DNA of 64,000 nt, taken from positions 31,186,001 to 31,250,000 of the forward strand of contig OZ320319.1 in assembly GCA_976226885.1 (NCBI GenBank). Direction: 5' to 3'. The notes below the pieces were generated by a model that saw only the letters and a program-made list of their open reading frames with translations, searched no databases and was not told where the DNA came from. Positions 25,229 to 38,466 of this stretch are shown piece after piece; the stretch's first letter is position 1; each line of letters starts with the position of its first letter. Origin of the DNA: Iphione sp. A-MEVVRFRX5 (lineage: Eukaryota). Position numbers and translations under genes: made by a program.

Positions 25229-27799
25229 TACGTGAAATGGTACAACCACAGGAGTCAGTCTAAGTATAAACCCCTCTTCCTTCCTGGGATTTAACCAAGC
25301 AGCCGTCGGAACTGGCTTCTGGTCAATACCAATCACTGGATATGGATCCTTCTCAGCCGATTTGCAGACCTCATCCCATTCGCGCCGCCTCTCCTGCTGG
25401 TCATCACCCCGTGGGATGGTCCTGATGCCCGCCAACAGACAGCAGTCGACCACAGGGGATTTAGGCTGGGCGTTCGGAGAAGATGCTACCTAACGAAGCA
25501 TGTTGCTCCTGCCGACGGGCAACAGGTCAACGGATAGATTTACTGCTCCCTGGCCGAACAGGGCCATGCGCATAACTCATGCTCGGCTCACTAGTCATAC
25601 ACTCTTCTTAAAAGGCTCAGGTAAATGGTGTTTTTCTATGTCTTCAATAGCCAAGTCGATGCTGACGGGGAAGGTCCATTAGTCTCACTGATAGTTTTTT
25701 GTGCTTCGGTTGATGGGACGCAGATCAAGCTGCGAAAAACCACTCGCCTGAGGAGAGGGCGCACCTGGCATTTTCGGTCATTGTTATTTACCGGTAGAAT
25801 GGACAGCCTACTGTAGCTCACAATAGCCTCATGTTTGAATTGTTTTCATGTCATAAAACATTTTTTAAACCCGGTATTGTAGTTCTCAGGGGGAGAGTGA
25901 TGGGATATTCAGCTTTTTTCTGCTTGAATGTAGGCCTACGGAAAATGAAGCACCATTATGGATACAAAGGCACAGGAGAGGATGAGCAACACCAAGTTCA
26001 ACTGTAGTAGAATCCCTGTCATATTTACGTGAAAATAGTTGGACATAAAAGAATGTAAACTTAAGTTAGCAACTTAAGTCTCCCGCTCGGTGGCCTTCCG
26101 AGTGATCCAACAATTTATTTATCTCTACCTTTTGAAAAAGCTACTATAGCAGGACCGGTGATAATATCACCGTGAGATCTGAGGTGATCCGTTTTTTCAA
26201 CCAATTATACATTCGTCCTATGCTAATGACGGTCTTCAGTGTATTACCTACAATTACTACGTATAAATCATTCGTGAAGCGGCTCTACAAATGGCGAACT
26301 ACCCACAGATAATAAGGGCCCAATGGTCACAATCAATACGTCCGAGGCAGTACGCCGGCCGAAGCATCAATGATTTAAGTAGACGGTGAGAACTAATAAA
26401 GGCGAAGTCTATGCCAGTTCCTGACTTAAACTCTTACACCGAACGTGTAAGCATCCGTAATGATTCGTTTCGAAGCGAAGCCAATGTGGGGCTATAACAG
26501 ATGGTTATCGCGTTACATGGAACCCACTCGGCTGGTACATTCATGCCGAAGATTTTTTTTTTCTTCTCCCACGAATCTACCACAACAAGCTAGAGAGGAC
26601 CGCTTCGTTACGACGCGACTAGTCCTGCTTATATGTGACTTCCTATAAACCAGATCCATACGTAATGCGAACTCGCTCATTCATCCCTACCTTAGTGGGG
26701 CAGTGAAATGTGAGATGGTCTCTCTTATCGGATGGTATATTCTCCTGTTTGATAGTAGGCCACTACTCGGCTTCCTCCCCTAAACCGTGCTTCTTTTCGA
26801 AACGAGAAGACTTGCAGCTTCATGGCCGCCTTATCTTCAGGCTTGGGATGGTTCTTTGAATGGTACGCATTGAATAAAAACCATTTCATGTTCGATGCAC
26901 CTGTAACCTTCTCTGTGTTAGTGGCCCGATAAGCGGCCGAAATCAGTAATCGAAGTGCAGGTAAAGGTGAATGGAAGAGACATTTAAAAAAGGATATTTG
27001 GTTTTTGGTTAAGCTGTTTTTTCACAGTAATTAAGCCTGAAACATACTCAGTATTCATAGTGCCTGTAGTCAAATGCATCCTACCTTTCACAAATAGATA
27101 TATGCACCAAAAATCAATGCTAAAATATTCTAAAATGAACTATATTTCTAAAGTTATTTTCTGGCCTCTATTCGGTATTGACCCCTTGAAAAATCGATGT
27201 GTTGTAAGCATTTTGTATTATATGTAGGTGCACATAATTAGATGTCTCTATGCACAATAGAATAGTTACCTTCCCACAGTTTGAACGTTTATCCTCAGTA
27301 AAATAAAGACCCATGATGGAATCGTACATGATAAATGATTCTCGACATTACGCAAAATAGTTTCCATCAGATATTACCGTTTTTCTTACCATTTTTCGCT
27401 ACTTTTTGCACCGATTCGGTATGGCGCATCCTCCGGGGCAGAGTTACCTGGCCAAAGAAACATACGAAGAAACCGCTTGGCATGTCATTGTGTCGGTCCA
27501 ATTCTGAGTTTACATAGCATAATGATATAACTACTGCCAGAGAGGTGTTGATTCTAATCTGAGGTCCCTGTCCATTGTCCTAATGCCACAGAACCTCTGA
27601 CCTACCGCACGTTGTTGCCAAAACTTGACTGATGTTCAAGGATAAGGCTCCCCAAGCAAAGGCAGCCACAGCCATTACACCTCAAAACATGGCATGACGT
27701 TGGAGTAACGGCGAAGGATGACGTTAGGTTCGGCACCACTCCCACTGGTTAACGACGTTACTGAGGTCCTTGGGTGTTCAGGCCACGACCGTCCTCTCT

Positions 27800-27821
27800 G
27801 CCGCCGCCGCCGCCGCCGCCG
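27800..27821. repeat. (GCC)7 trinucleotide repeat
   Basis: gccgccgccgccgccgccgccg seen directly. Confidence 0.9.
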
Positions 27822-30800
27822 GGTCCACCAAGCCAGCCGTTTATTCGACCGACTCTATGTCAACAAGCTTCAGGTGAACCATTTTAGCAGCACGCTGCAG
27901 GCGACCTCTTCTCACCATGTACACGCCGACGGGGTTTCATTATGTGCGCCCCTACGGAGCAGACCGCTGGCCGCTTCCATAGATTCCAATACAAGATGAA
28001 CGACAGGGTGGATTCTTTTTTTTATTCTTGTTTCAGTCTAACACTGAGAAATGTTTCCCGACAGAAACCTTACAGCAGAAGTAGCTTGTCCAAAACGTTC
28101 ACGTGGCTGTATTTCAAACCGAAATAATTCCAAAGTATGGTAATTCGATGCACCTGTAGAATCGAACATTATGTGCGCTGGCACCTGCCCTTAACATTAT
28201 TTCTTACACTTGCACGAGTTTAACAGCCCTATTATTTTCTAAAGAAATGCCTTCGACTTCCAAACTTTTTGTAATGTAGGTTTGGTCTCATTGAAAGTGA
28301 AATGCACTATTCACGTGACCATGCATCAACGTGGGACCTAATCTCACATGTTTGGTTTTTATATTCGTTTATGCTTTTCTCACACAACACGTGTGGCTCC
28401 TCGGGGCCAGCCATTGAATATGATTCCAGTAAGCGTTGATTTAATTGGAAGAGATAGAACTGAAAATGTTAGATGGTGACATGTGCGATAGATGATAACA
28501 TTTATGATAAAAATATTATTTCGGTGTTCGAAAAACATACCTGTGCTTGCTAACAGCAAAGGAACATTTCCTATTTGCAGCAACCATAGTCTTTCAACAG
28601 CTGATAAACCATATCTCCTAGACCTTCTCTCCTGGGAGGGTAGGGAGAGGTTTGTCATAAATAAAAGCCTCCGAAATATTTTTACTGGCTTTTGGATGGA
28701 ATTAAGGCAGGAAAGAAAGTATAAAATTACAATGTATATCAAGCTCTTGCAGGAAATGTCGCCAACTTGTGCCTGCTGAACTGAAATAGTGGCATGGTAT
28801 TTCAGCATCCTGTAATGCACGTGAAATGGGATTCATACATGCTTCTCACAGGAAAGAGTTTACAGTTCCGGCTACCGGAATATTTCTTTATGCATCATCG
28901 TTGACCCTAGTCTTCAGCCCATAGTATGGCAAGCATATATACATTAAATCATCATATGCCAAACATGGACGGAAGGATCTACCTGGAACAAAGGTCAAAG
29001 AAACGCGGCCAGAGTTGGCCGTTATATTATGCGATATTTACTCTCCAACAAACGAGTGTTACTTGTGGCTTGGTTATTATCAGTCCAATCCAAATTTAAT
29101 ATTAGAAATACGATTTTATGAAAACAGTTGGTATATCACCAGTGATTTTCATTTTAGATGTGCATATACACAAACATATATACACAGGCTTAAGTATATT
29201 TATTCTTCGATCTTTGATGTACAAAGAGCTTCATTGTTGGAAAAAGCATAAAGTGATTGAAAAACAAAGTGAGTGGTGCATCTGGGTTGTTGCAAAATTA
29301 TATAGATAATTAGTATACCGTAAGGCCTCTTAAGAGTAGATAATGTCAGTTCTACCTACAGTTCACAATAGATAGTTCTGGAAAATATGTAAGTAATTGA
29401 CTATAATCACAGATAGCAGCTAGGTTCGATGACATACAGAAGCAGTAATAGCAAGTGGTAAATGTCATTAGGCAGTAGTTTCATGGTGGTAATAGTATGG
29501 CAAAGGGCTATAGATCAAATACCCCTCGAACTTTCTACCGTACAGCCTTTTAGCAACCCTATCAGTGTTCCCCAGTCCTGACAACTGGAGGATAACTGAT
29601 CAACAGCAACCACTGCGAGTAACATGCTGAGAATGTTATCACATGAAATGTAAGGACTATTCCATGCATATCAAAGTCTTTTACCACTTAGTTGTAATGC
29701 AGCCTGAGATCAGTGCAAGTTAGCAGATACGTCAAGGGCATCTGTGCTTTCTTAAAATCTCACGTTGGGAGCAATAGTACTAACGCAGTACTGCAATCAC
29801 ACAGCAGCCTGTTGAAGACATTTCGGCATATAGCTTTATGCCACGGGATGTGTTTTTAGGACTCTCTCCTTCTACTAGTCTGGGTGATGTCAACTACTAG
29901 AAACAAACCTACTGAGTGCCGAACAGCTAGCATTATTTTATATAAAAGCAAAATTCGATGCTTCATCCCACAGTAGGTACCCCTTGTCGCATCAGGCATC
30001 AATCAGTCTCATTATTAATGCAAACATTGGAGCCTTTAGTCATCGTTGGTTTTATTGCTTGTAAATATCAGTGCCGGTGGCCACGAATCTATGATCAGCC
30101 AAGACTTCGCTTTTCTTCCGAACACATATCTGCCTAATGTCCGCAGTACAGGTCCGAGCAGTAAGGTCTGTGGAGAGTGAAACCCCCAGCGTGTTCCCGG
30201 AGTGTTTGACATAGGGACATCAATGCAAGGCTTCACGTTGTCTTTCCAGCAGCAAACCACCTTAAGGAATGCACAGAGAATACAGCGAAATGTCCGTCTA
30301 TCATAGTTTTTCCTTAGTGATTTCCCCTCGCTCCACCATTAATACGTTGGCATCCACTGTGGAACGGCACTGGAACGGTTCGCTACAGAAGTAAAGCTCC
30401 AAATGTATCGGACTTTTATAATAAAACGCACACGAGAATGCACAAGAGACAACTGCAGGCTGCGCACAAAGAGTTATCTTAGGATAAAATACTGCGTACT
30501 TTATATTTGCGAACCTCGTGCATGCATCGTCCAAAGGGACATCGTCCTTTTGACCTGTGGTACAGCACACAATAAGCAAGGCCATCATGCCTGGCAGGCA
30601 TATCAATGATATGGTGAGTCCTGCCCTGTAAGTGTGCCTTAGCCAGCTTGAATCTGTCACGGAGGCCATCAGGGAGTTATGTCGCTAGTGTCAATCTCTA
30701 CCTTCGGGCTGCCTAATGGGGTTCTGTTAGGACACCCCTCGGACTGATCCATTTGTGTCTATACTTGCGCCCTCACACGCCTTCTTTAAATATTCAAACT

Positions 30801-32998
30801 GCAGTGTCAGGCCATATGCGCCGAAATGGGATGGTAGTTCTGAGAGGTATAACTCTCCATACTTGCCACAGAGAATGTGTTTCATATTATTTAGAGGCAG
30901 GTTTTCACAAGATTTCAATATTGATTCTACTGATGATAAAGAATCCTGTTACCATAAATGCACATTCATTTTTACATCTCACTATGATTCGGACACAAGA
31001 ATTCCGTGCATTTTTACGTTTACACTTTTGGACAGTCTTCATCGTGATAAATCATTTCACGCGCTGTTGTTTGTGAAAAAGCGCATATCAAATATATAGC
31101 GTCAAGGCATATTGCCCATTTACGATGCAGATCTCATAAACTATTCAATCAGTGCAAAACGGACCGAGATGGAAGAAACCGATATCACTTAAAGTCCAGA
31201 AGTTGCACCACTGAAATATTAGTAAATGCTTTCCTAAACCGATTATTCACCAGAAATTGATACCCCCTCTGGTAACATCACCCAATCGTAAGATTATCCT
31301 CTTAAGAAAAAAAATTATCATGTTTGTGAATCTGTTCCTTGCCGGGGTCGCATTCCACTGTTTTACTACCACGTCAGAAGGAGATTTATGCACAACATAA
31401 TGGATTATATATTGGGTGGAAGATGATATCGGGAGGACCACGAGTCCGCTCGTTTTTAGGTCGGATAACAGATTATTGTGGGTCTGATTAGATGCTTATC
31501 TTTAGATGATTGTTCTCGATTGAGCCGGGAACGACTATCTATCCTAATTATCATTACTCTGTGGCTGGATATTCTCGGCCATGGTATTTAGGATGTACTC
31601 CTTTAACATTGAATGTACTTCCTGTAAAAATGTCAATCAATCCTTGCCTGAATCGTTAAAAACGAGGCAATTTCGCTGTTCACTGGACCCATCAGTCTGT
31701 CTAAAACTTCCATAGAAGTGCACCGATGTCCTATACAGTGGCGAAAGGCTTGACATATTAAGGTTCTTGAAAGACCTCCCGTGCGATGGAAGTTTTGTAT
31801 TAAGCTGTGAAATGGCACATGTATTGATACACTAATCCTAGAGGAGGGGTCATGCAGAGAGCCTATTTGCAAAGACAGCTGTCCCTTTCATGTTATGGGT
31901 CGTGTCAGGCTGCACTTTCATGCATATGCTCCTTGTGAACTGATCGATTACTATACAGCGGTGGAGTTGGCGCACACCAAGCGACGTGTCGGCCATTTTG
32001 TCGACTGATCGTGCGGGTTCTGTTGCTTGGCGTGACGCGCCGAGCTGGACGTCTGTGATCTTAGCGTCGGTCGGCCGAGCACCGATCACAATGGCCTTCA
32101 GAGGTGTCGTCGGCGGGCCCATCAGGCCATGCCCGATGTCTGCCGACGAGCCTTTGGAGACGGCTTCAGTGACTTGTTAATGGTGGAGGGCACGGAGGAC
32201 ATGCTGTCCACGTCGCCTCCCAAGCGCGCTTCAAAGCTCACCACCGGTTCAACTATCCCTGTTGACGTCGTCATGGCAACAGCTCGCGATATCGAACGTC
32301 CAACCGGCAGTCATCTTCATAGCAAATCTTCTGATACTACACCGACATGAACTGCTGTTCGAATATTGTTTTAAGTTTATTTTTGCCCTTGTTTTTGGCG
32401 GAGTTTTAGTTTTGGGTTGGCCCCTCTTCCACACACAAGCGGATGATGTGATGAAGAATATACCTCTTCATCGATTGACACAGGAAGACGTTCGCACGAT
32501 CCACTTATTCACACCAGTGTTACGATTGATAAAGAAATACGTTAATTTCACCAGACAGTCCTTACCCGATTTAACCCTGCTTCTGCTATCTCGCCACGGG
32601 TGCCTTTCAATGCGACACAACTGCAACGCCGTTTATCAGGCTATATGTCAAGAAAGGTATTGAAACATGGCTCTCCCTCCTTGGAACTGGACGTGAGTAT
32701 TCGCATGGGTAATATTACATACTGTGCTATATCCTTTGTGCACGCATGCCACCAGACACTAATTGTTCTTGCCAGGTGGATCAAAGAGCCGTCGTCCCGA
32801 TTACTTCATGGCCAATTACTCGCCCGGCTCACACCTCTCCCCTTCTGCCAAGGTCCACATGCTCCATTACCCACGCAGGTCTAGCCAGCTAGTATTCTGG
32901 GGCAAGAAAAGGAAAGGACAGGTCCTCAAAGCAGGGTCCAGACAGCTGATTGGGGTCAGAACTTCAGCTGAGCAGTCCGGGGTTAACGGACCGCACGT

Positions 32999-33037
32999 AG
33001 GTCACGTGACGAGGTCATGTGATGAGGTCATGAGATG
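32999..33037 (+). repeat. 13-bp tandem triplet AGGTCAYGWGAYG with E-box/M-box and nuclear-receptor half-sites
   Basis: aggtcacgtgacg aggtcatgtgatg aggtcatgagatg. Confidence 0.8.
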
Positions 33038-35479
33038 CGACCGAGCGAATTTGGCATCTGTTTCAATTCCCCTTTAATGCAATCCGCCTGCCTCAATCGG
33101 TGGCAATATCATTTCCCATTTACTGGCGGATGTTCGTAGAATCCATGCATCTTTGCCGAATTTTCTGTTTTCGCTGCGAGGGTTGGTTTCATAAACAAAC
33201 TATAAAAACCACTTTTCAAATGCGACCATCACATGTGGTTTGCGTTGGAATGTTTATCCTCTGAGCAAGCGTTTACATTATTGGTCTGTCTCTGATTTGT
33301 ATTTTAAGACCGATAATGCACACAATTTATATTGTCACTTTTATGAAATCCCCATGAATGCCAACAGACGCCTTCCGTAGCTTCACTATACGCCAGGCAA
33401 CTAAACAGGGCCTTCATATCATACATCTGATTTGCGATTCATACAGGGAAGACTTGCAGGGCAGTTCTTCGTCTAGGAAGCCATTACGAACGGTCCCTCG
33501 AAGCGACCAAACGCCAGTGGGAATGTAATTTTACAAGAGCCAGAAAAGGGAATAAGAATATGCCATTATTTAATCTGCGATGTGCACTGGCAGTCGTTAT
33601 ATCTCGTCTAGCCGCTGGCTTGCTGACTGGCGTTTCCCAACAGTGAGCTTGCAAACATAATGATAGTACGGACGCGCCCGCATGCATGTATTTCATTGCA
33701 ACATTTGATATTTTCTTAAATAACATGCACGCCCTGGAATTTCTTTGTCGCTTTGTTATTTTGAACTGACACATGGAGCCACGGCAGTACAAGTTGTTTT
33801 ATTCTGACGGATTATTTGCATGTACACTCCCCTCATGACAGAAGGTCCAAACTTCGGTAACTTTAAATCTCTTAGCGTAAATGTGGAAGGTATGCATAAC
33901 GATTCATATTTCAAGGTGTACATGTTTAACTTTGAAACTTCAATGCCCATGACGAAATTGATATCAGTGGAGAGCCGCCTTGGAGCTACATTCGTTTCTC
34001 TACAACATCATATATATCGTTTTTTTAGGGGGCTTCGTCATAACTTGACTGATGGACGTGACAAAAAGGCGGCGCCATCTAACAAGTAGTATGACATAGA
34101 TGGATACTTTTTCTTATACATTCTTAAACAACGTTGACACTTAGCCCGACAATTCTTTAGTTTCTTCCCCACTTCGCTTCATTTTTTGACGAAATATATC
34201 CGCCTATTTGCTTTGGCCACCCGCTGTGTTGGTGAGTTGGAACTATCATCTGAACGGCAAGTCTCAGTGTGGGGCCATGTTCTGAGGGAAAAGCCGGCCT
34301 TGTCTTCCCCAGAGCATGCATACACTGTGCCCATCCAGCTCTGACTGGTCCTGCTGAGATGTAATCACCCCAGAACAATGCAAACCCGAGGGTTTGCCCT
34401 AGTGTAGTTGTATTGGTCCACCCCTTCAACAACACACTAACCCAACCCAAGATCCAAACAGTCATGTAACCGTTGAAACTTATACACAAATCAAGCCACA
34501 ATAGCCCGTCTCCATTTTCACTTATAAGGGTTCTTCTCCTCCTCTTGATCCCACGATACTTCTTAGCGAGAACGTTGTGATTCCAGTGTCGGGGAGAACA
34601 TGCCGTCGAGGTTGATTTATGTCCAAAGTGTAAACGAACAGTGGTTGACATTACATGACACAACCATTCACGACATGCAAAACAGAAAATTGAAATGGAG
34701 TACCTAAATACTCACCGACGGATAATGGACTGGGCTCCAGAGCGGTGGTATATAATGGCACAGAACAAGATAGGCGTGCCAGGTTTCACAGGTGAACAGC
34801 AGCCATTAACTCCAACGATGGAGTTCGTAAAATGTCAATTAAAACTGAGTGATTGTCGCTTGACATTTGACTCGTGGAAACAACACTTAAGAACCGTATA
34901 AATGCAGTTTCATTAACAATTTTACACGGTTCTCGTAGAGCTATTGCGCATGCGCCGAGTATGCAATTACAAACGTAGTTCATATTCCTGCGCGGGGAAG
35001 TCGTCTATGAATTCTACATAATCCCAGACCCCGATACCATAATTCTTAGTGCTTCCCACCCATAATCCTAACCACCTCGTGCACGCCGGGCGATCTTTAA
35101 CGCCGACTTTCACATCACCAGGGCAAGTTAATACTTCCTGAAAAGCTCATGGATGGGCAAGAGCTCTGACTACAGTGGCGTATTCTGCACCAGTCATTCT
35201 TGGGCAATTTATTGTGGCTGGCCGTGGGAATGCTTCCACAGCTTAGTAATCAGTCTACGTTCCTTGGTATGGTTTCCCCCCAAACAGAATTCGTTCGTAG
35301 CCGATTCGAAATACATCTATCCACTCTATAGGAAATTGCAGCTCAGAACTGCAATAGTGGACGTACGCCATGAGAAGCACCGTCATTGGAGTGGCTCGGA
35401 TCCATCAAGGTTTAATTCATTTTGGCGGTCACCGTTCCCATTATCCACCAATAATACAAGCCAGACAGGGATCTGTGAA

Positions 35480-35720
35480 TGAATAGATCCCGCCCGCGGA
35501 AACGCTATCAGATCGGCGCGCGCATATATAGCATTTCACTTTAGCGGCAACTCGATGCAGCGTCTGGCGCGAGGCCGCGCCGGGCGAAGATTGGTCCGAG
35601 GCCGACACGGTCGCTGCTTCCCCCCCGAGTTGGATTACCGGTCGCCGTCGGCGGCGGCCATTCGTCCCCTCGTCGACCAATCTCCCCCCCCCCCCAACTG
35701 CCGGCCTACCCCGATCAGCC
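35480..35720. promoter_or_regulatory. CpG-island-like, promoter-like patch inside the large intron
   Basis: Sharp local CpG enrichment with a GC-box-like CCCGCCC, CATATATAG, CCAAT boxes in both orientations and a YY1-like GCGGCCAT. Confidence 0.45.
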
Positions 35721-36542
35721 TATGACTCCCGCTCTTGAATGAGAGAGCATGTGTTAACTGGCGTGATTTATGGAAAGTGTGGTGCTGTCGCTACAAACTT
35801 CCCAACGGGTTAAGCTATATGGGCCTCAAAGCAGCCATGCTAATTATGGCATGGTATGTGTGGCGCCCTCAATACACATGGATATACTTGACCCGGCCCT
35901 AGAGGTAAATACCCCTGACGCGCCTTCTTGCAAAGGCTTCGGGCAAAAGCAGATCCTGTCATTTTTGGACTGTTACCTGTCAACGCTTTTTGTTCAGCAC
36001 TGAGCATAAAGCGATACAAAATTTATGGACTAGACTTCTTGAGCAAGACCGTGAAGTAAGAAGCACTGCGGGAATGAAATTTTAAACAGACTTCCCATAA
36101 TTATATTCATGTGCCCCAAAATCGCAGAACTGGTAAACATGGCGTATATTTACATATAAATATGCACATTATTCATTATACTTTTGTATTTTTTACAGTT
36201 AAGACGAGTGCGATAACGTTTAGTGTGAATAAATGATTTAGTTGCACATATCGTAGTGCACGTCGAATTAGATTGAGGGACAGGAGCACTGTAATGGAGT
36301 TGCATTTGCAGTTCTTGCATGTACATCTATTAAAAGGTACGCTTCTTCTGCCATATTTACCTCTCATTTCGAAGTACATGTAGTTACCATTAAAAGTTCG
36401 AGCCCAACCTTTCACGTTTGTGGTCATTGGTAGTCTGTGTGCCAGGCCCTTCCATGCGTATGCTTGAACAGATATAAGGGGAGGAAGAGGGTAACAATGG
36501 TTAGGTGTATTTCTGATTGCAAATGAAGCAGTGCGAAATTGA

Positions 36543-36583
36543 GAGCGTAGATAATTGTATTGAGCGTAGATAATTGTATTGAG
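36543..36583. repeat. Perfect 19-bp tandem duplication (GAGCGTAGATAATTGTATT x2)
   Basis: Copies at 36543-36561 and 36562-36580, followed by GAG. Confidence 0.9.
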
Positions 36584-38388
36584 AAGCATATACTATCACC
36601 TTGTACAAGGTGGTTTTCAAATGACGACCGCTACAATCTCCTAACATATTCTCTGTCCACGTGGGACGTATACAATAAAACCAACAAGGCCATCAATCTT
36701 TACTAATCTTTATGTGCTAATTATCCACATATAACACTCTTAAGTTGCCTTTTTGTCCGTCACTCAAAAGAGAGGGGGAGACTTCAAAAATCTTGGGGTC
36801 TACTGTCCAACCTTCAGTCACACTCTTGTGGGTCTTGTGAGTCTAAAATACTTTGGTCAAATGAATTGATTTTGATATATATTTCTTATGTATATGGACC
36901 CATGGCACTAGGTAATTTTAGTAGTAATTCAATTATTCTGAAGGTGAAATTGCGTTAATTTTCCTCTTTTGCTAACATACCCACCAACATATGTACATAA
37001 TTATAGGGATTTCTAGGTCTGACAATGCACTCACATGCACATACACACTCCCCAATACACCCCTTCTGCCAATGCCACCTTGCAGCAGTCCGACCGAGAG
37101 AGGTGCAGTGAAGATAGATGACCCCCCCCCCCACACACACACACGCACACTTTGTGGCCAGGGTACAATAATATTATCATGTCTGTTTGATTGTCATTTG
37201 AGGGAGAGGACAATAGACCTAATAGGTCCATGCTCTTGTATTCAGAACCCTCGTGGCTTTACTAAAATTATTCCATTATTTTCACCCAACATTCAAAAAG
37301 CCTCCTTGGTAAACGCTGCATCCCGGCTTGGGAATTGCAACTTCTTCATTGTTACCAGCTCGTGTGCAGGCAGCTGTTACTTCCCAAAGAGACACAAAGA
37401 AATCGTATTATATATGAGTAAAGTCAAATAATACCTCATCCTCATTCTAACATCACACATTCCATGTATCCCCAACCACTCTCTTGCTAACCTATCAAGG
37501 GAACTCCTTGATAGAAAGCACTATTTCACAGAATCTAGAAACGCATTATTCTCTGACCTCCTCAGAAGTTCATCAGACAAACAACTATAGATTCCGCCCC
37601 TAGATTCACAACTGGCAGAGTAAAAGAATTGAACGCCAGTGCCATTGTTTTCTTGTCACCTTATGCTCCAACTTCTCCCCCACAAATTCGACATCTGAAA
37701 AAATTGAAATCCAAAAAATTTTGTGAGAACAGCCAGTGTTCGGACTTCAGGTTTGTCTATACTTTTAGTTATCTTGACCAAGATGTCCTTTGGTGCTGTT
37801 GACTAGATCTATTAACTTTTTTTTGCATTGCCTAATAAGCATATCTACCACTAATTGTTCATGATAAACAAATGGAAAGCTTTCTTGCACCTTTTTTACG
37901 ATAAGTACATCTATAAGATAGGTCTGGGCATTTTACTTAAAAACGAGAAGTAACAATTAGCCCAGGTGATATAATCGTTTGTTCTGTAGCCTGAAGATAT
38001 ATGAAACGAACATTAAGGTCCCTTGTACATGTAAACTGTTATAATTAGGCTCATTTGTCCAAGGAAACTGAACTTTATTTCATAGTCGGTCCATGGTCTC
38101 TTTTTTAAGACAATGACGTCTGTCACTGCCTTTCACAGATGGTAAGAAAAAGATGTATGACTTTCAAGGGAAAAAAACTAAATAATAAGCAGAGGTCATT
38201 ATCAAAACAAGCTGATAGGAGCTAATTTTATTTCTTAAAAAAACACTCACTTTGCGGAAATGAGCAGGAAGAGCTCCTGAAATTGGTCATATGGTTGTTT
38301 TCCTGTAAATGGTCAGCTCTCAGACATTGCGCAGACCGGTCTCGTACAGAGCGGCAGAAGAGAGGGGCTCTTGCATGCCTTGTGATCT

Positions 38389-38466
38389 TTGCCTAATCCC
38401 CCCCGGGCAGCAGATTGCCTAATTCCATCACGGAGCGGAGCTGGTTAATTCCCCTCATTGTCTTGC
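38389..38466 (+). repeat. Degenerate 26-bp tandem triplet, each unit carrying TAAT
   Basis: TAAT at 38394, 38420 and 38446; units 1 and 2 both begin TTGCCTAAT. Confidence 0.6.

Noticed and set aside
34157-34663. Longest ORF in the track (168 aa, minus strand)
   Set aside because: No recognisable motif or splice-consistent context; the length is within chance range for this window size.
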